From Candidatus Omnitrophota bacterium (lineage in GTDB: Bacteria; Omnitrophota; Gorgyraeia; 2-01-FULL-45-10), in contig JBAZKH010000001.1 in NCBI GenBank assembly GCA_041650935.1, forward strand, positions 139,945 to 203,944: a stretch of 64,000 bases of DNA, given 5' to 3'. Positions 1 through 9,831 of the stretch are shown here, one piece after another. Position numbers and translations under genes: made by a program. A model generated the notes under the pieces. The model was not told the DNA's origin, searched no databases, and saw only the letters and a list, made by a program, of their open reading frames with translations. The first letter of the stretch is position 1. Each line of letters begins with the position of its first letter.

Positions 1-441
1 ATACTCCTTCCGGTCGATAACATTATCGCCGATAAATTCGACGCGGCCGCCAATGCGAAACTTGTCGGTGAGGATATCCCGGCCGGCTGGATGGGGCTCG
101 ACATAGGACCTAAGACAGTAAAACTTTTCGAGGATAAGCTGAAGGGCGCGAAGACGATAGTCTGGAACGGCCCTCTCGGAGTATTCGAGATGGATAAGTT
201 TGCCGGGGGCACCGAGGATATTGCAAAGTTCATAGCGGGCCTTAAAGGAGCGATATCTATAATAGGCGGCGGAGATACGGCCGCGGCTATGTCCAAATTC
301 AAGGTTGACGGCAAGATGACGCATATCTCCACGGGCGGAGGCGCTTCGCTCGAATATCTCGAGGGGCGCGGGTTGCCGGGGATCGACGCGTTGAATGATA
401 AGGACTCTTCATGCTGCTGTTCCGGCGGAAAGTGTAAGTAG
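1..441 (+). CDS. pgk: phosphoglycerate kinase, C-terminal part (5' end outside window)
   Basis: Frame 1 is open from nt 1. The translation ...[30 protein letters not shown]...[10 protein letters not shown]...[14 protein letters not shown] matches the PGK C-terminal domain. Confidence 0.9.
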   Translation: MLLPVDNIIADKFDAAANAKLVGEDIPAGWMGLDIGPKTVKLFEDKLKGAKTIVWNGPLGVFEMDKFAGGTEDIAKFIAGLKGAISIIGGGDTAAAMSKFKVDGKMTHISTGGGASLEYLEGRGLPGIDALNDKDSSCCCSGGKCK

Positions 442-454
442 AAAGAGATAAAAT

Positions 455-1210
455 ATGCGTAGAGTGATCATTGCCGGCAACTGGAAGATGAATAAGAATA
501 TAGCGGAGTCGATCGATCTAGCCAATTCCGTAAAACGGCTGGTCTGCGATGTCGAGCGGGTCGAAATAGTGCTCTGTCCGCCGTTTACGTCATTAAGCGA
601 TGTTAACGAGATCGTGATGGAATCGAATATCTCACTGGGCGGGCAGGATGTATACTGGGAGAGCGCGGGCGCTTTCACGGGCGAAGTATCCGCCCCCATG
701 CTGAAGAACGTCGGCTGTGCTTATTGTATCGTGGGCCACTCCGAGAGGAGGCAATTTTTCGGGGAGACCAACGAGACCGTTAATAAAAAAGCCAAAGCGC
801 TTCTAAGGGAAGGGCTAAAACCGATAGTCTGCGTCGGGGAAAAGCTCGAGGAGAGGAAAGCGGGCAAAGCCTTCGATGTAGTGAAGGGCCATGTGGCCAA
901 TTCACTTGCCGGCTTTACGAAAGACGACATGAAGAACATTGTTATAGCGTACGAGCCGGTCTGGGCGATAGGTACAGGGGTGAATGCAACTAAGGATGAA
1001 GCCCAGGAGATCCATAAGTATATCCGCGGGTTGTTAAAAGGCATGTTCGGTGAAGAGACGGCGGCTTCCGTCAGGATACAATACGGCGGGAGCGTAAAGC
1101 CGGATAATATAAAAGAACTTATTTCGCAGGCAGATGTCGACGGCGCGCTTGTGGGCGGAGCGAGCTTAAAGGCGGATTCATTTGCCCAGATAGTGCGCGG
1201 CTGTTTATAG
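455..1210 (+). CDS. tpiA: triosephosphate isomerase
   Basis: 251 aa. IIAGNWKMNK, catalytic HSERR and YEPVWAIGTG motifs. Canonical pgk-tpiA-secG order. Confidence 0.95.
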   Translation: MRRVIIAGNWKMNKNIAESIDLANSVKRLVCDVERVEIVLCPPFTSLSDVNEIVMESNISLGGQDVYWESAGAFTGEVSAPMLKNVGCAYCIVGHSERRQFFGETNETVNKKAKALLREGLKPIVCVGEKLEERKAGKAFDVVKGHVANSLAGFTKDDMKNIVIAYEPVWAIGTGVNATKDEAQEIHKYIRGLLKGMFGEETAASVRIQYGGSVKPDNIKELISQADVDGALVGGASLKADSFAQIVRGCL

Positions 1211-1282
1211 CGGGAAACCGCATGTGCGATTAAGCCGCCGGTAATCGCCTGATTGCGAACGAGTTATTTGCGAGGAGATAAT

Positions 1283-1609
1283 ATGTTATACGGATTGATC
1301 ATTGCGATACATGTGATAGTATCTATGGTATTGATAGCCGTAATCCTGCTTCAGGCGGGGCGGGGCGGGGGATTGAGTGAAACATTCGGCGGCAGTTCGA
1401 CCCAGACTCTATTTGGGACGAAGACCTCGCTATTCTTGAAACGGGCGACAGCAGTGTCGGCGGTAGTCTATATATTAACCTGCCTTATACTTGCGGTTTT
1501 AACGAGCCACAGGGGCAGGTCTCTGGTATCACGGGGTACCATGGCTCCGATTACCCAGGGCCAGGCAAACGTTCCCCAGCCTTTACCCGAAGAGCCTATA
1601 GATTTTTGA
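1283..1609 (+). CDS. secG: preprotein translocase subunit SecG
   Basis: MLYGLIIAIHVIVSMVLIAVILLQAGRGGGL...FGG is the SecG signature. The ORF track starts at 1253, but the internal ATG at 1283 gives the typical SecG N-terminus. Confidence 0.85.
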   Translation: MLYGLIIAIHVIVSMVLIAVILLQAGRGGGLSETFGGSSTQTLFGTKTSLFLKRATAVSAVVYILTCLILAVLTSHRGRSLVSRGTMAPITQGQANVPQPLPEEPIDF

Positions 1610-3313
1610 GTGAAGATGCGAGATCCCGTTGTTCATTCCGCCTTCGCCGAGGCTTCGGCAGACAGGCGTTCATTCCGCCTTCGCCGAGGCTTCGGCGGAC
1701 AGGCGTTCATTGTTCGTAAGATACCGCTGGTTATATCCGCGGTATTTTTTTTGTTCTGCACAAAAACGTTTTGCGGTGAACCGGATAAACCTTGTTATGG
1801 CGACGCCATTGTCGTAAGTTCTATAAGCGATGCGCGTACGCTCGTCCCCATACTTGCGTCGGATTCCGCCTCATGCACTGTCTGCGACAGGCTCTTTAAC
1901 GGGATGGTCAAATACGATAAGAATGTCCGCATAACAGGAGAGCTTGCCGAGAGCTGGGAGATAACCGGCGGCGGCCTCATTATAACATTCCATTTAAAGA
2001 GGAACGTGAAGTGGCATGACGGGAAACCCTTTACGGCTAGGGACGTCCTCTTCACATATAATAAACTTATCGACCCGAAGGTTAAGACCCCTTACAGCGG
2101 TGATTTCGAGAGGATAAGGTTGCTCGAAACGGTCGACGACTATACCGTAAAAGTCACTTACAAGGAGCCTTTCGCGCCGGCCCTCTCCAGCTGGGGCATG
2201 TGGATAATGCCGGAGCATCTTTTAAAAGACGAGGACCTGAATTCGACCAAGTTTTCGCGCAACCCTGTCGGGACCGGGCCGTATAAATTTAAGTCATGGA
2301 GGACGGGCGAGAAGATCGAACTCGTTTCGAACCGCGACTATTTCGAAGGCAGGCCATGTATAGACCGGTATATATATCGCATAATACCCGACGATGCCAC
2401 CATTTTTCTTGAACTTGAGACCCGGGGCGTCGACCTCTCGACGCTTTCGCCGCTTGAGTATACGCGGCAGACCGATAATAAATTCTTCCGCACGTATTAC
2501 AATAAGTTCAGGTATCCGAGTTTCGGTTACAACTTTATGGCATATAACCTGTCGGATCCGAAGTTCCGCGACCTGAAGGTAAGGGAGGCGATAAATTACG
2601 CGGTAAACAGAGAAGATATAGTCAGGACGATATTCTTCGGTCTTGCGGAAGCGACAACAGGGCCTTTTATGAAAGAGTCGTGGGCTTACAATAGAGATGT
2701 TATGCCTGCCGCCTACGATCCCGGACGCGCTAAAGCGCTCCTGGGTGAAGCGGGGTGGCGGGATACCAATGGCGACGGGTGGCTGGAGAAGGATGGAGTG
2801 AAATTCGAGTTTACGGTTCTTGTTAATCAGGGGAACGGCGAGCGTCTGCGCTCGGCCGAGATGATCCAGAAGTACCTTGAGGACGTTGGGATAAAAGTGA
2901 AGATACGGATCGTGGAGTGGAGTACCATGATAAGCGAGTTTCTCGATAAGCGCAGGTTCGAGGCCGTCATAATGGGGTGGTTCCTGCCCCGCGATCCGGA
3001 TTGCTACGATATATGGCATTCGTCTAAGACGCGGGAGGGCGAATTCAACTTTGCGGGGTATAAGAATGAGGAAGTCGACAGGCTTCTGGTGGAGGGAAGG
3101 CGCATCTTCGACGAGGCGCAGCGCGCCGGGATATACCGCCGGATACACTCACTTATCTACGCCGACCAGCCGTACCTGTTCCTGTATACATCGGATATCC
3201 TGCCGATCGTGAGTTCGCGTTTCCGCAATGTCAAGACCTCGGCGATCGGCATCGGGTATAACTTTATCGAGTGGTACGCGCCGCGGGATGAGCAGCGGTA
3301 CAGGGAGAAGTAA
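1610..3313 (+). CDS. ABC transporter substrate-binding protein (family 5, oligopeptide/dipeptide-like)
   Basis: 567 aa with an SBP_bac_5-like pattern (signal-like hydrophobic stretch, ...GTGPYKF..., ...WLPRDPDCYD...). The start is uncertain (GTG 1610 or ATG 1616). The first ~34 codons run through a 37-bp tandem repeat. Confidence 0.8.
   Translation: MKMRDPVVHSAFAEASADRRSFRLRRGFGGQAFIVRKIPLVISAVFFLFCTKTFCGEPDKPCYGDAIVVSSISDARTLVPILASDSASCTVCDRLFNGMVKYDKNVRITGELAESWEITGGGLIITFHLKRNVKWHDGKPFTARDVLFTYNKLIDPKVKTPYSGDFERIRLLETVDDYTVKVTYKEPFAPALSSWGMWIMPEHLLKDEDLNSTKFSRNPVGTGPYKFKSWRTGEKIELVSNRDYFEGRPCIDRYIYRIIPDDATIFLELETRGVDLSTLSPLEYTRQTDNKFFRTYYNKFRYPSFGYNFMAYNLSDPKFRDLKVREAINYAVNREDIVRTIFFGLAEATTGPFMKESWAYNRDVMPAAYDPGRAKALLGEAGWRDTNGDGWLEKDGVKFEFTVLVNQGNGERLRSAEMIQKYLEDVGIKVKIRIVEWSTMISEFLDKRRFEAVIMGWFLPRDPDCYDIWHSSKTREGEFNFAGYKNEEVDRLLVEGRRIFDEAQRAGIYRRIHSLIYADQPYLFLYTSDILPIVSSRFRNVKTSAIGIGYNFIEWYAPRDEQRYREK
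1631..1711 (+). repeat. 37-bp tandem direct repeat (2.2 copies) GTTCATTCCGCCTTCGCCGAGGCTTCGGC(A/G)GACAGGC
   Basis: Directly visible: unit at 1631-1667 and again at 1668-1704, then a partial copy. Two reading frames stay open through it. Confidence 0.85.
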
Positions 3314-3318
3314 AATCT

Positions 3319-3338
3319 GTTTCCACCCCGGGGTGGAA
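3319..3338 (+). terminator. GC palindrome TTTCCACCCCGGGGTGGAA after the SBP gene
   Basis: Perfect inverted repeat CCACCCCGGGGTGG. The same 16-mer TTTCCACCCCGGGGTG recurs at 13419. Confidence 0.5.
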
Positions 3339-3387
3339 TACCAAAGCGACCGAGGACATGACCCATAGATTTATAGAGTAAAATTAT

Positions 3388-4371
3388 ATGCTCAGGTACA
3401 TCGCAAAAAGACTGATCGGACTTGTGCCAGTATTCTTCGGGATTACACTGATATCGTTCTTCGTAATCCATCTTGCCCCGGGGAAGCCGACGGATGTCGA
3501 TACGAGCCTCAATCCGAAGGTATCGTATGAAGCGAGGATGCGGCTCGAAAAATTGTACGGATTCGACAAACCGATTCACGTACAGTATTTGAACTGGCTC
3601 AAGGCGTTTGTGTTCTTTGACTTCGGCTCCTCCTTCGTTGACGGCAGACCCGTAGCGGAGAAGATAGCGGAACGCATACCGGTAACGCTCCTTATAAATA
3701 TATCGTCGATGATATTGATGCTGAGTATCGGTATACCGCTGGGCATCCTCTCGGCCGTGAAACGCGGCTCGCTCCTCGACAGGACGACGACGATCGTTAC
3801 CTTCATCGGTTTTTCCGTACCCGAGTTCTGGCTGGCCCTTCTTTTAATGAGCTTTTTTGCGATAACGCTGGGCTGGCTGCCCATATCCGGGATAAAATCG
3901 CTCGACTTCGAATACTATTCGCTTGCCGGCAAGATACTGGATGTGGCAAGGCACCTCGTCCTGCCCGTCGCGATCGCCGCGTTCGGAAGCCTCGCAGGCA
4001 TTTCCAGATATACGAGGTCGGCCATGATTGGTGTTATCCACCAGGATTATATAAGGAGCGCCCGCGCAAAAGGCCTGAGTGAGCGCATCGTGATATACCG
4101 GCACGCCCTGAAGAATGCGATGCTGCCGGTTATAACGATCCTGGGCCTTTCGGTCCCGGGTCTCATCGGCGGCAGCGTCATATTCGAATCGATATTTGCC
4201 ATACCGGGGATGGGCAGGCTCTTCTACGAATCCGTAATGGCGCGGGATTATTCGACGATAATGGGCATCCTCTCGATAGGGGCGATATTGACGCTATTGG
4301 GCAATTTTCTCGCCGACATTGCATACTCTTATGCCGACCCGAGAATACGCGTTACGGGGAGCGGCGAATGA
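3388..4371 (+). CDS. ABC transporter permease (OppB/DppB-like)
   Basis: 327 aa polytopic membrane protein. The N-terminus [24 protein letters not shown] is the OppB/DppB family signature. Confidence 0.9.
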   Translation: MLRYIAKRLIGLVPVFFGITLISFFVIHLAPGKPTDVDTSLNPKVSYEARMRLEKLYGFDKPIHVQYLNWLKAFVFFDFGSSFVDGRPVAEKIAERIPVTLLINISSMILMLSIGIPLGILSAVKRGSLLDRTTTIVTFIGFSVPEFWLALLLMSFFAITLGWLPISGIKSLDFEYYSLAGKILDVARHLVLPVAIAAFGSLAGISRYTRSAMIGVIHQDYIRSARAKGLSERIVIYRHALKNAMLPVITILGLSVPGLIGGSVIFESIFAIPGMGRLFYESVMARDYSTIMGILSIGAILTLLGNFLADIAYSYADPRIRVTGSGE

Positions 4372-5198
4372 AGACATTTTTAAAGAATAAGGCGGCGTTT
4401 GCATCGTTACTCTTTATAGCGATGATAATACTCTTCGCGTTCTTCGCGCCGCTTGTCGCCCGGCACGACCCGTCCGCCATCGATACAAACTCGATCCTCG
4501 CCGCGCCGTCCGGCGCGCACATATTCGGGACGGATACTCTCGGCCGCGACATATTTGCCCGCATCGTATACGGCTCCAGGATCTCGCTCGCTATCGGGTT
4601 TATCGCCGTCGGAATCGCGGTACTTATAGGCACGGTCTTCGGTTCGATCGCCGGATATTACGGCGGAAAGGCCGACTCGATAATGATGCGGTTCGTCGAT
4701 ATCATGCTCTGCTTCCCGGCGTTCTTCCTGATCCTTGCCGTTATAGCGGTACTCGAACCGTCGATATTTAACATCATGGCCGTCATAGGATTGACGAGCT
4801 GGATGGGCGTTGCCCGGCTGGTGAGGGCTGAGGTGATGACGCTTAAAGAGCGCGACTTCGTCTGGGCCTCGAAAGTTATGGGCGCAAGCGACACATGGAT
4901 AATAGCGCGGCACCTCATTCCCAATGCCATCGGCCCGGTGTTTGTCAGCGCTACGCTCGGAATAGGCGGAGCGATCCTGACCGAATCCGCATTAAGTTTT
5001 CTTGGGATAGGTGTCCAGCCTCCGACGCCCAGCTGGGGCAATATACTTATGGACGGAAAATCGACACTTGGCGTGGCGTGGTGGCTCACTATATTCCCCG
5101 GGTTATTCATACTGTTTACGGTCTTGTCATATAACCTCCTGGGCGAGGGCTTAAGAGATGCTTTAGAGCCAAAATTGAAGGAGTTATCCACAAAGTAG
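4368..5198 (+). CDS. ABC transporter permease (OppC/DppC-like)
   Basis: 276 aa with an OppC-like N-terminus and BPD_transp_1 core. Overlaps the previous gene by 4 nt. Confidence 0.9.
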   Translation: MKTFLKNKAAFASLLFIAMIILFAFFAPLVARHDPSAIDTNSILAAPSGAHIFGTDTLGRDIFARIVYGSRISLAIGFIAVGIAVLIGTVFGSIAGYYGGKADSIMMRFVDIMLCFPAFFLILAVIAVLEPSIFNIMAVIGLTSWMGVARLVRAEVMTLKERDFVWASKVMGASDTWIIARHLIPNAIGPVFVSATLGIGGAILTESALSFLGIGVQPPTPSWGNILMDGKSTLGVAWWLTIFPGLFILFTVLSYNLLGEGLRDALEPKLKELSTK

Positions 5199-5220
5199 CT
5201 GACGTTTAAACGTCAGCTAC
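5181..5220 (+). repeat. ~40-bp element GAGTTATCCACAAAGTAG + GTTTAAAC-centred hairpin (copy 1); supplies the last codons and stop of the permease gene
   Basis: GAGTTATCCACAAAGTAGCTGACGTTTAAACGTCAGCTAC. Perfect palindrome AGCTGACGTTTAAACGTCAGCT. Near-identical copy at 10898..10937. Confidence 0.6.
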
Positions 5221-5231
5221 TATCAGACACC

Positions 5232-6017
5232 ATGAAAATATTGCAGATCGAAGATCTAATGGTATATTTTGGGCCGCAGAAACGTCCCTTAAGGGCTGTT
5301 GACGGCGTAAGCTTCGAAATAGAGCGGAATAAAGTCTTCGGGCTGGTCGGAGAATCCGGGTCGGGCAAGACACTTACGGCACTCTCCATCATTAAGTTAA
5401 TTCCCGAAGGCGCTTACTTTGCCGGAGGCAGGATCTTATTCAACGAAAAAGATCTCCTGGCCGCAGAAGATGAGTACCTTCGCAAGCTTAGGGGGTCGAA
5501 GATATCGATCGTTTTTCAGGATCCCGCCAGTTCCTTAAACCCGGTCTTCACCGTCGGATACCAGATAGCTGAGGCGATCCTCGCCCATCAGGATATCGGG
5601 ACCCCCTCGGCCGTAGAGCTTGCGCTTGAATTTTTGCGCAAGGTCCACATAGCCGATCCCAAAAGAGTGTTCCACGATTATCCGCACCAGCTCTCGGGCG
5701 GGACGAAACAGCGCATAAGTATAGCGATGGCGCTCGTCAACTCTCCGGAGCTTGTGATTCTCGACGAGCCGACGACGGCCCTCGATGTTACGATACAGGC
5801 GCAGATCCTGGATCTTCTTACCGAGATAAGAGAGAAAGAGAAATTGTCCATGCTTTTCATAAGCCACGATTTCGGAATAATTGCCAGGATGTGCGATGAA
5901 GTGGGCGTCATGTATAAAGGAAATATGGTCGAGCGCGGCCCGACCAAACAAGTTTTAACCAGCCCGAAAGAGCCATACACAATATCGCTGTTGGAATCGG
6001 TAAAGGCGTTTATATGA
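5232..6017 (+). CDS. ABC transporter ATP-binding protein (OppD/DppD-like)
   Basis: Walker A GESGSGKT, signature LSGGTKQR, Walker B ILDEPTTALD. Confidence 0.9.
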   Translation: MKILQIEDLMVYFGPQKRPLRAVDGVSFEIERNKVFGLVGESGSGKTLTALSIIKLIPEGAYFAGGRILFNEKDLLAAEDEYLRKLRGSKISIVFQDPASSLNPVFTVGYQIAEAILAHQDIGTPSAVELALEFLRKVHIADPKRVFHDYPHQLSGGTKQRISIAMALVNSPELVILDEPTTALDVTIQAQILDLLTEIREKEKLSMLFISHDFGIIARMCDEVGVMYKGNMVERGPTKQVLTSPKEPYTISLLESVKAFI

Positions 6018-6751
6018 TAATGGTAAAATGCGACAGCCTGACGAAGTCTTTCCCGGTATTCAAGGGTTACCTGAAGGAAAGGGCGGGTGAGGTGACGGCG
6101 GTTGATAACGTCTCCCTGCAGATAGAGCGGGGCGAGATGTTCGGTCTTGTCGGAGAATCGGGGAGCGGAAAGACGACGCTGGGTAAGATTATCCTCGGCA
6201 TCCTGAAGCCGGATTCAGGGAACGTGGAACTCGCGACCGGCAGGCTTAACGTAATATTCCAGGATCCGTACAATTCCCTCGATCCGAAGATGAGAGTTGG
6301 TGACATAATAGCGGAAGGGCTGGTCGTTAGGAGACCGGAGACCAAAGACCGGGTAGGGGAAGCGCTCGAACTCGTCAAACTGCCGCGGACGGCCGCGACT
6401 AAATATCCGCACCAGTTCTCCGGAGGGGAACGGCAGAGGATAGCGATAGCGAGGGCTGTTATTACAAAGCCCGAACTCATCGTCTGTGACGAGCCCGTCT
6501 CGAGCCTCGATGTCACGGTCCAGCTCCAGATATTGAATCTTTTGAAAGGTATACAGAAAGAATCCGGCATTACGTATCTCTTCATAAGCCATGACCTCAG
6601 GGTTATAAAATATATGTGCGGCAGGGTTGCTGTTATGAAGGCGGGCAGGATCGTCGAAGAGAATACGACAAGATCCTTATATTCGACGCCCGCGCATCCT
6701 TATACAAAACTTCTCCTATCGTCTATTCTGTCCTATGATTACTCAAGATAA
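6014..6751 (+). CDS. ABC transporter ATP-binding protein (OppF/DppF-like)
   Basis: Walker A GESGSGKTT, FSGGERQR, Walker B CDEPVSSLD. Confidence 0.9.
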   Translation: MIMVKCDSLTKSFPVFKGYLKERAGEVTAVDNVSLQIERGEMFGLVGESGSGKTTLGKIILGILKPDSGNVELATGRLNVIFQDPYNSLDPKMRVGDIIAEGLVVRRPETKDRVGEALELVKLPRTAATKYPHQFSGGERQRIAIARAVITKPELIVCDEPVSSLDVTVQLQILNLLKGIQKESGITYLFISHDLRVIKYMCGRVAVMKAGRIVEENTTRSLYSTPAHPYTKLLLSSILSYDYSR

Positions 6752-7421
6752 GATCAAGAAGATATTATCCGTTCTCGAATGTGCCTACGGCCGGCCGGAG
6801 CCGTTTAAGAGAGACAACCCCATCGATGTCCTTATACGCACGATCCTTTCGCAGAATACTACGGATAAGAATTCGCTCAAGGCATTTGCTGTGCTGAAAG
6901 CGGCCTTCAGGCCCTGGGATAAAGTGCTGGCCTCCGATGCAGGCAGGATAGCCGGGGTCATAAAACATGCGGGGCTCGCGAATATAAAAGCGCGGCGGAT
7001 CAAGAACGCGCTGGCCGAGATAAAAAAGCGCGAAGGGAAGCTTAGCCTGGTAAATCTACCCAGGTTAGATGCCGAAAGCGCCCTGGGTTACCTGACATCC
7101 TTGAAAGGGGTTGGACCGAAGACGGCGGCATGTGTACTTCTATTCAGTTTCGGCAGGCCTGTGATGCCGGTAGATACGCACATTTTCAGGGTAGCGCGGC
7201 GGTTGGGCCTGATAGATAAGAAAGTCGGTATAGAGGATGCTCATAAGATCCTGACAAAAATTATACCAAAGCACTTGATATGCCGTTTTCATTTATGTAT
7301 AATAGAACACGGTCGCAGGACCTGTAAGGCGCAAACCCCAAAGTGCGGGGTTTGTGTCGTTTATAGGCTGTGCAAGTTCGCAAGGAAGGAATACTGCAAA
7401 AGTTTAGCAGAGCAGGTTTAA
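6735..7421 (+). CDS. nth: endonuclease III-like DNA glycosylase (HhH-GPD, 4Fe-4S)
   Basis: HhH-GPD core (LKGVGPKTAACVL) and C-terminal Cys cluster CKAQTPKCGVCVVYRLC. Overlaps the ATPase gene by 17 nt. Confidence 0.75.
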   Translation: MITQDKIKKILSVLECAYGRPEPFKRDNPIDVLIRTILSQNTTDKNSLKAFAVLKAAFRPWDKVLASDAGRIAGVIKHAGLANIKARRIKNALAEIKKREGKLSLVNLPRLDAESALGYLTSLKGVGPKTAACVLLFSFGRPVMPVDTHIFRVARRLGLIDKKVGIEDAHKILTKIIPKHLICRFHLCIIEHGRRTCKAQTPKCGVCVVYRLCKFARKEYCKSLAEQV

Positions 7422-7433
7422 ACCTGCTCTGCT
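7406..7433 (+). terminator. Perfect palindrome AGCAGAGCAGGTTTAAACCTGCTCTGCT
   Basis: GTTTAAAC-centred hairpin. The nth stop codon TAA lies in its loop. Confidence 0.5.
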
Positions 7434-7451
7434 ATAAGTCGAGGCATCTAG

Positions 7452-7901
7452 ATGATACGCAAAGCTAAAGTCACGGACGTCAAGGCGATACAGCGGCTGA
7501 TAAATTATTACGCCAAGCGCGATAAGATGCTCCCAAGATCGCTAAATGAGTTGTATGAGAATATACGCGATTTCTTCGTCTACGCGGAAGGCCAAAAGGT
7601 CTATGGCTGCTGCGCCCTCCACATAGATTGGGAGGACCTGTCCGAGATAAAGTCGCTTGCGGTTGCGCCGTCCAGGGCCGGCAGGGGGATGGGGAAGAAA
7701 CTGCTGGAGGAGTGCATTAAAGAAGCGAAGGCGTTAAAGCTGAAGAAGGTATTTGCGCTCACCTATGTTCCGGGCTTCTTCGAGCGGTTTGGATTTACGA
7801 TCGTGAACAAGGCCGAGCTTCCTCATAAGATATGGAGCGAGTGCATTAAATGTGTCTATTTCCCCGGGTGCAAGGAAATAGCTGTAATGAAAGAGTTATA
7901 A
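7452..7901 (+). CDS. GNAT family N-acetyltransferase (resembles short-form amino-acid N-acetyltransferase)
   Basis: 149 aa with an acetyl-CoA binding motif RAGRGMGKKLL. Abuts leuC with no intergenic spacer. Confidence 0.65.
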   Translation: MIRKAKVTDVKAIQRLINYYAKRDKMLPRSLNELYENIRDFFVYAEGQKVYGCCALHIDWEDLSEIKSLAVAPSRAGRGMGKKLLEECIKEAKALKLKKVFALTYVPGFFERFGFTIVNKAELPHKIWSECIKCVYFPGCKEIAVMKEL

Positions 7902-7902
7902 A

Positions 7903-9228
7903 ATGGGATATACGATAACCGAAAAGATTTTATTGAAGCATACGGGTGAGAAAGATATCCATCCTGGCAAATTCATCGATGCCAGGGTAGACCTCTGCCT
8001 GGGCAACGACATCACGGCGCCTTTCGCTATCGAAGAGTTCGAGAGGCTCGGCGCCAAAAAAGTATTCGACAGGAAGAAAGTTGTGCTGGTACCGGACCAT
8101 TTTACGCCCGCAAAAGATATGAAGAGCGCTAACCAGTGTAAGATACTCGCCAACTTTGCCAAAAAATACAACGTGAAGCATTACTTCGAGATAGGCAGGA
8201 TGGGTATAGAACACGCGTTATTGCCGGAGATAGGGCTCGTGTTTCCCGGCGATCTCGTCATAGGCGCGGATTCGCATACCTGCACATACGGTGCGCTGGG
8301 CGCTTTCTCGAGCGGCGTAGGTTCGACGGATCTGGCCGCGGCGATGGTTACGGGCGAGTGCTGGCTCAAAGTCCCGGAGTCGATGAAGTTCGTATTCTAC
8401 GGCCGCCGCGGGAAGTGGATTGGCGGCAAGGACCTTATACTTTATACTATAGGTGACATAGGCGTCGACGGCGCGCGTTACCGGGCTATGGAATTCTGCG
8501 GTGAGACGATCGCGAATCTTCCCATGGATGACAGGCTCACCATGTGCAATATGGCGATCGAGGCCGGCGGTAAGAACGGCATAATCGCGCCGGATAAGAT
8601 CACGGCGCAGTACCTGAAAGAGATAAAGAACCCTTCGACAGGCTCAGGGTTCTATCCCGAGCGAAGCCGAGGGAAAAATAAACCCCGCCCGGGCCAGGGT
8701 AAATTTTACGCAAGCGATAAGGACGCAGTCTATTCGGCCGTAAAAGAGTATGATGTGCGCAAGATAGCCGAGCCCGTAGTCTCGTGCCCGAACCTGCCGA
8801 GTAATACGCGACCGGTCAGTAAGCTTAAAGGTGTGAAGCTGGATCAGGTGGTGATAGGCTCGTGCACGAACGGCAGGATCTCCGATATGAGGCTTGCCGC
8901 GCGGGTGCTTAAAGGTAAGAAGGTAAAGGCCGGCGTGCGGCTCGTGGTAATACCGGCTACACAGAAGATATATTTAGAATGCGTGAACGAGGGGCTCGCG
9001 AAGATATTCGTCGAGGCCGGCGGGGTATTTTCTACGCCGACCTGCGGGCCGTGCCTGGGCGGGCATATGGGCATACTCGCCGAAGGCGAGGTGGCGCTGG
9101 CGACGACGAACAGGAATTTCGTCGGCCGTATGGGCCACCCGAATAGCAGTGTCTATCTTTCGAACCCGGCCGTTGCCGCCGCGAGCGCTATAACGGGCCG
9201 CATTACGCATCCGGAAGAGGTAGTTTAG
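7903..9228 (+). CDS. leuC: 3-isopropylmalate dehydratase large subunit (aconitase family, short archaeal-type LeuC)
   Basis: 441 aa. N-terminus MGYTITEKIL, aconitase Cys ligands (GSCTNGR, CGPCLG). Confidence 0.9.
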   Translation: MGYTITEKILLKHTGEKDIHPGKFIDARVDLCLGNDITAPFAIEEFERLGAKKVFDRKKVVLVPDHFTPAKDMKSANQCKILANFAKKYNVKHYFEIGRMGIEHALLPEIGLVFPGDLVIGADSHTCTYGALGAFSSGVGSTDLAAAMVTGECWLKVPESMKFVFYGRRGKWIGGKDLILYTIGDIGVDGARYRAMEFCGETIANLPMDDRLTMCNMAIEAGGKNGIIAPDKITAQYLKEIKNPSTGSGFYPERSRGKNKPRPGQGKFYASDKDAVYSAVKEYDVRKIAEPVVSCPNLPSNTRPVSKLKGVKLDQVVIGSCTNGRISDMRLAARVLKGKKVKAGVRLVVIPATQKIYLECVNEGLAKIFVEAGGVFSTPTCGPCLGGHMGILAEGEVALATTNRNFVGRMGHPNSSVYLSNPAVAAASAITGRITHPEEVV

Positions 9229-9335
9229 TCAGTTAGATTGAGTTACGTTGCTAGTTGTCAGCTATACGTTGTTCGCGTGATATTTAAAGCCGCGAAGCGA
9301 CACAACGTACGCACAACGAGAAAGAGGTCTTACGC

Positions 9336-9830
9336 GTGATATACAAAGGCCGTGCGCACAAATTCGGGACCGATATAAATACCGACGATATCATTGCCGC
9401 CAAGTATCTTAATACGACGGATAGGGCGGAGCTTGCCAGCCATTGTATGGAACATATCGATAAAGATTTCATGAAGAAGGTCTCCTCTGGCGACATGCTG
9501 GTAGCCGGCAGGAACTTCGGCTGCGGCTCATCGAGAGAGCATGCGCCTATAGCGATCAAGGCCGCCGGCATATCGTGTGTTATAGCCGAGAGTTTTGCGC
9601 GCATATTCTTCAGGAACAGCATAAATATAGGGCTTCCCATAGTGGAGTCTAAAGAGGCGGCCGGACGCATCAGGATCAAAGATGTGGTTGCCGTCGATAC
9701 TACAAAAGGCGTAATAAAGAATCTGACGAGGAAAGAGAGTTATAAGATAGAAAAATACCCGCCATTCATGCAGCGGATATTCTCGTCGGGCGGGCTGATT
9801 GAATCATTAAAGAAGAGAGGGAAGAAGTAA
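9336..9830 (+). CDS. leuD: 3-isopropylmalate dehydratase small subunit
   Basis: 164 aa LeuD-type ([29 protein letters not shown]). GTG start. Confidence 0.9.
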   Translation: MIYKGRAHKFGTDINTDDIIAAKYLNTTDRAELASHCMEHIDKDFMKKVSSGDMLVAGRNFGCGSSREHAPIAIKAAGISCVIAESFARIFFRNSINIGLPIVESKEAAGRIRIKDVVAVDTTKGVIKNLTRKESYKIEKYPPFMQRIFSSGGLIESLKKRGKK

Positions 9831-9831
9831 A

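Noticed and set aside
1629-1817. 62-aa alternative-frame ORF across the 37-bp repeat
   Set aside because: It is open only because the repeat lacks stops in two frames. The downstream sequence is the SBP gene in another frame.
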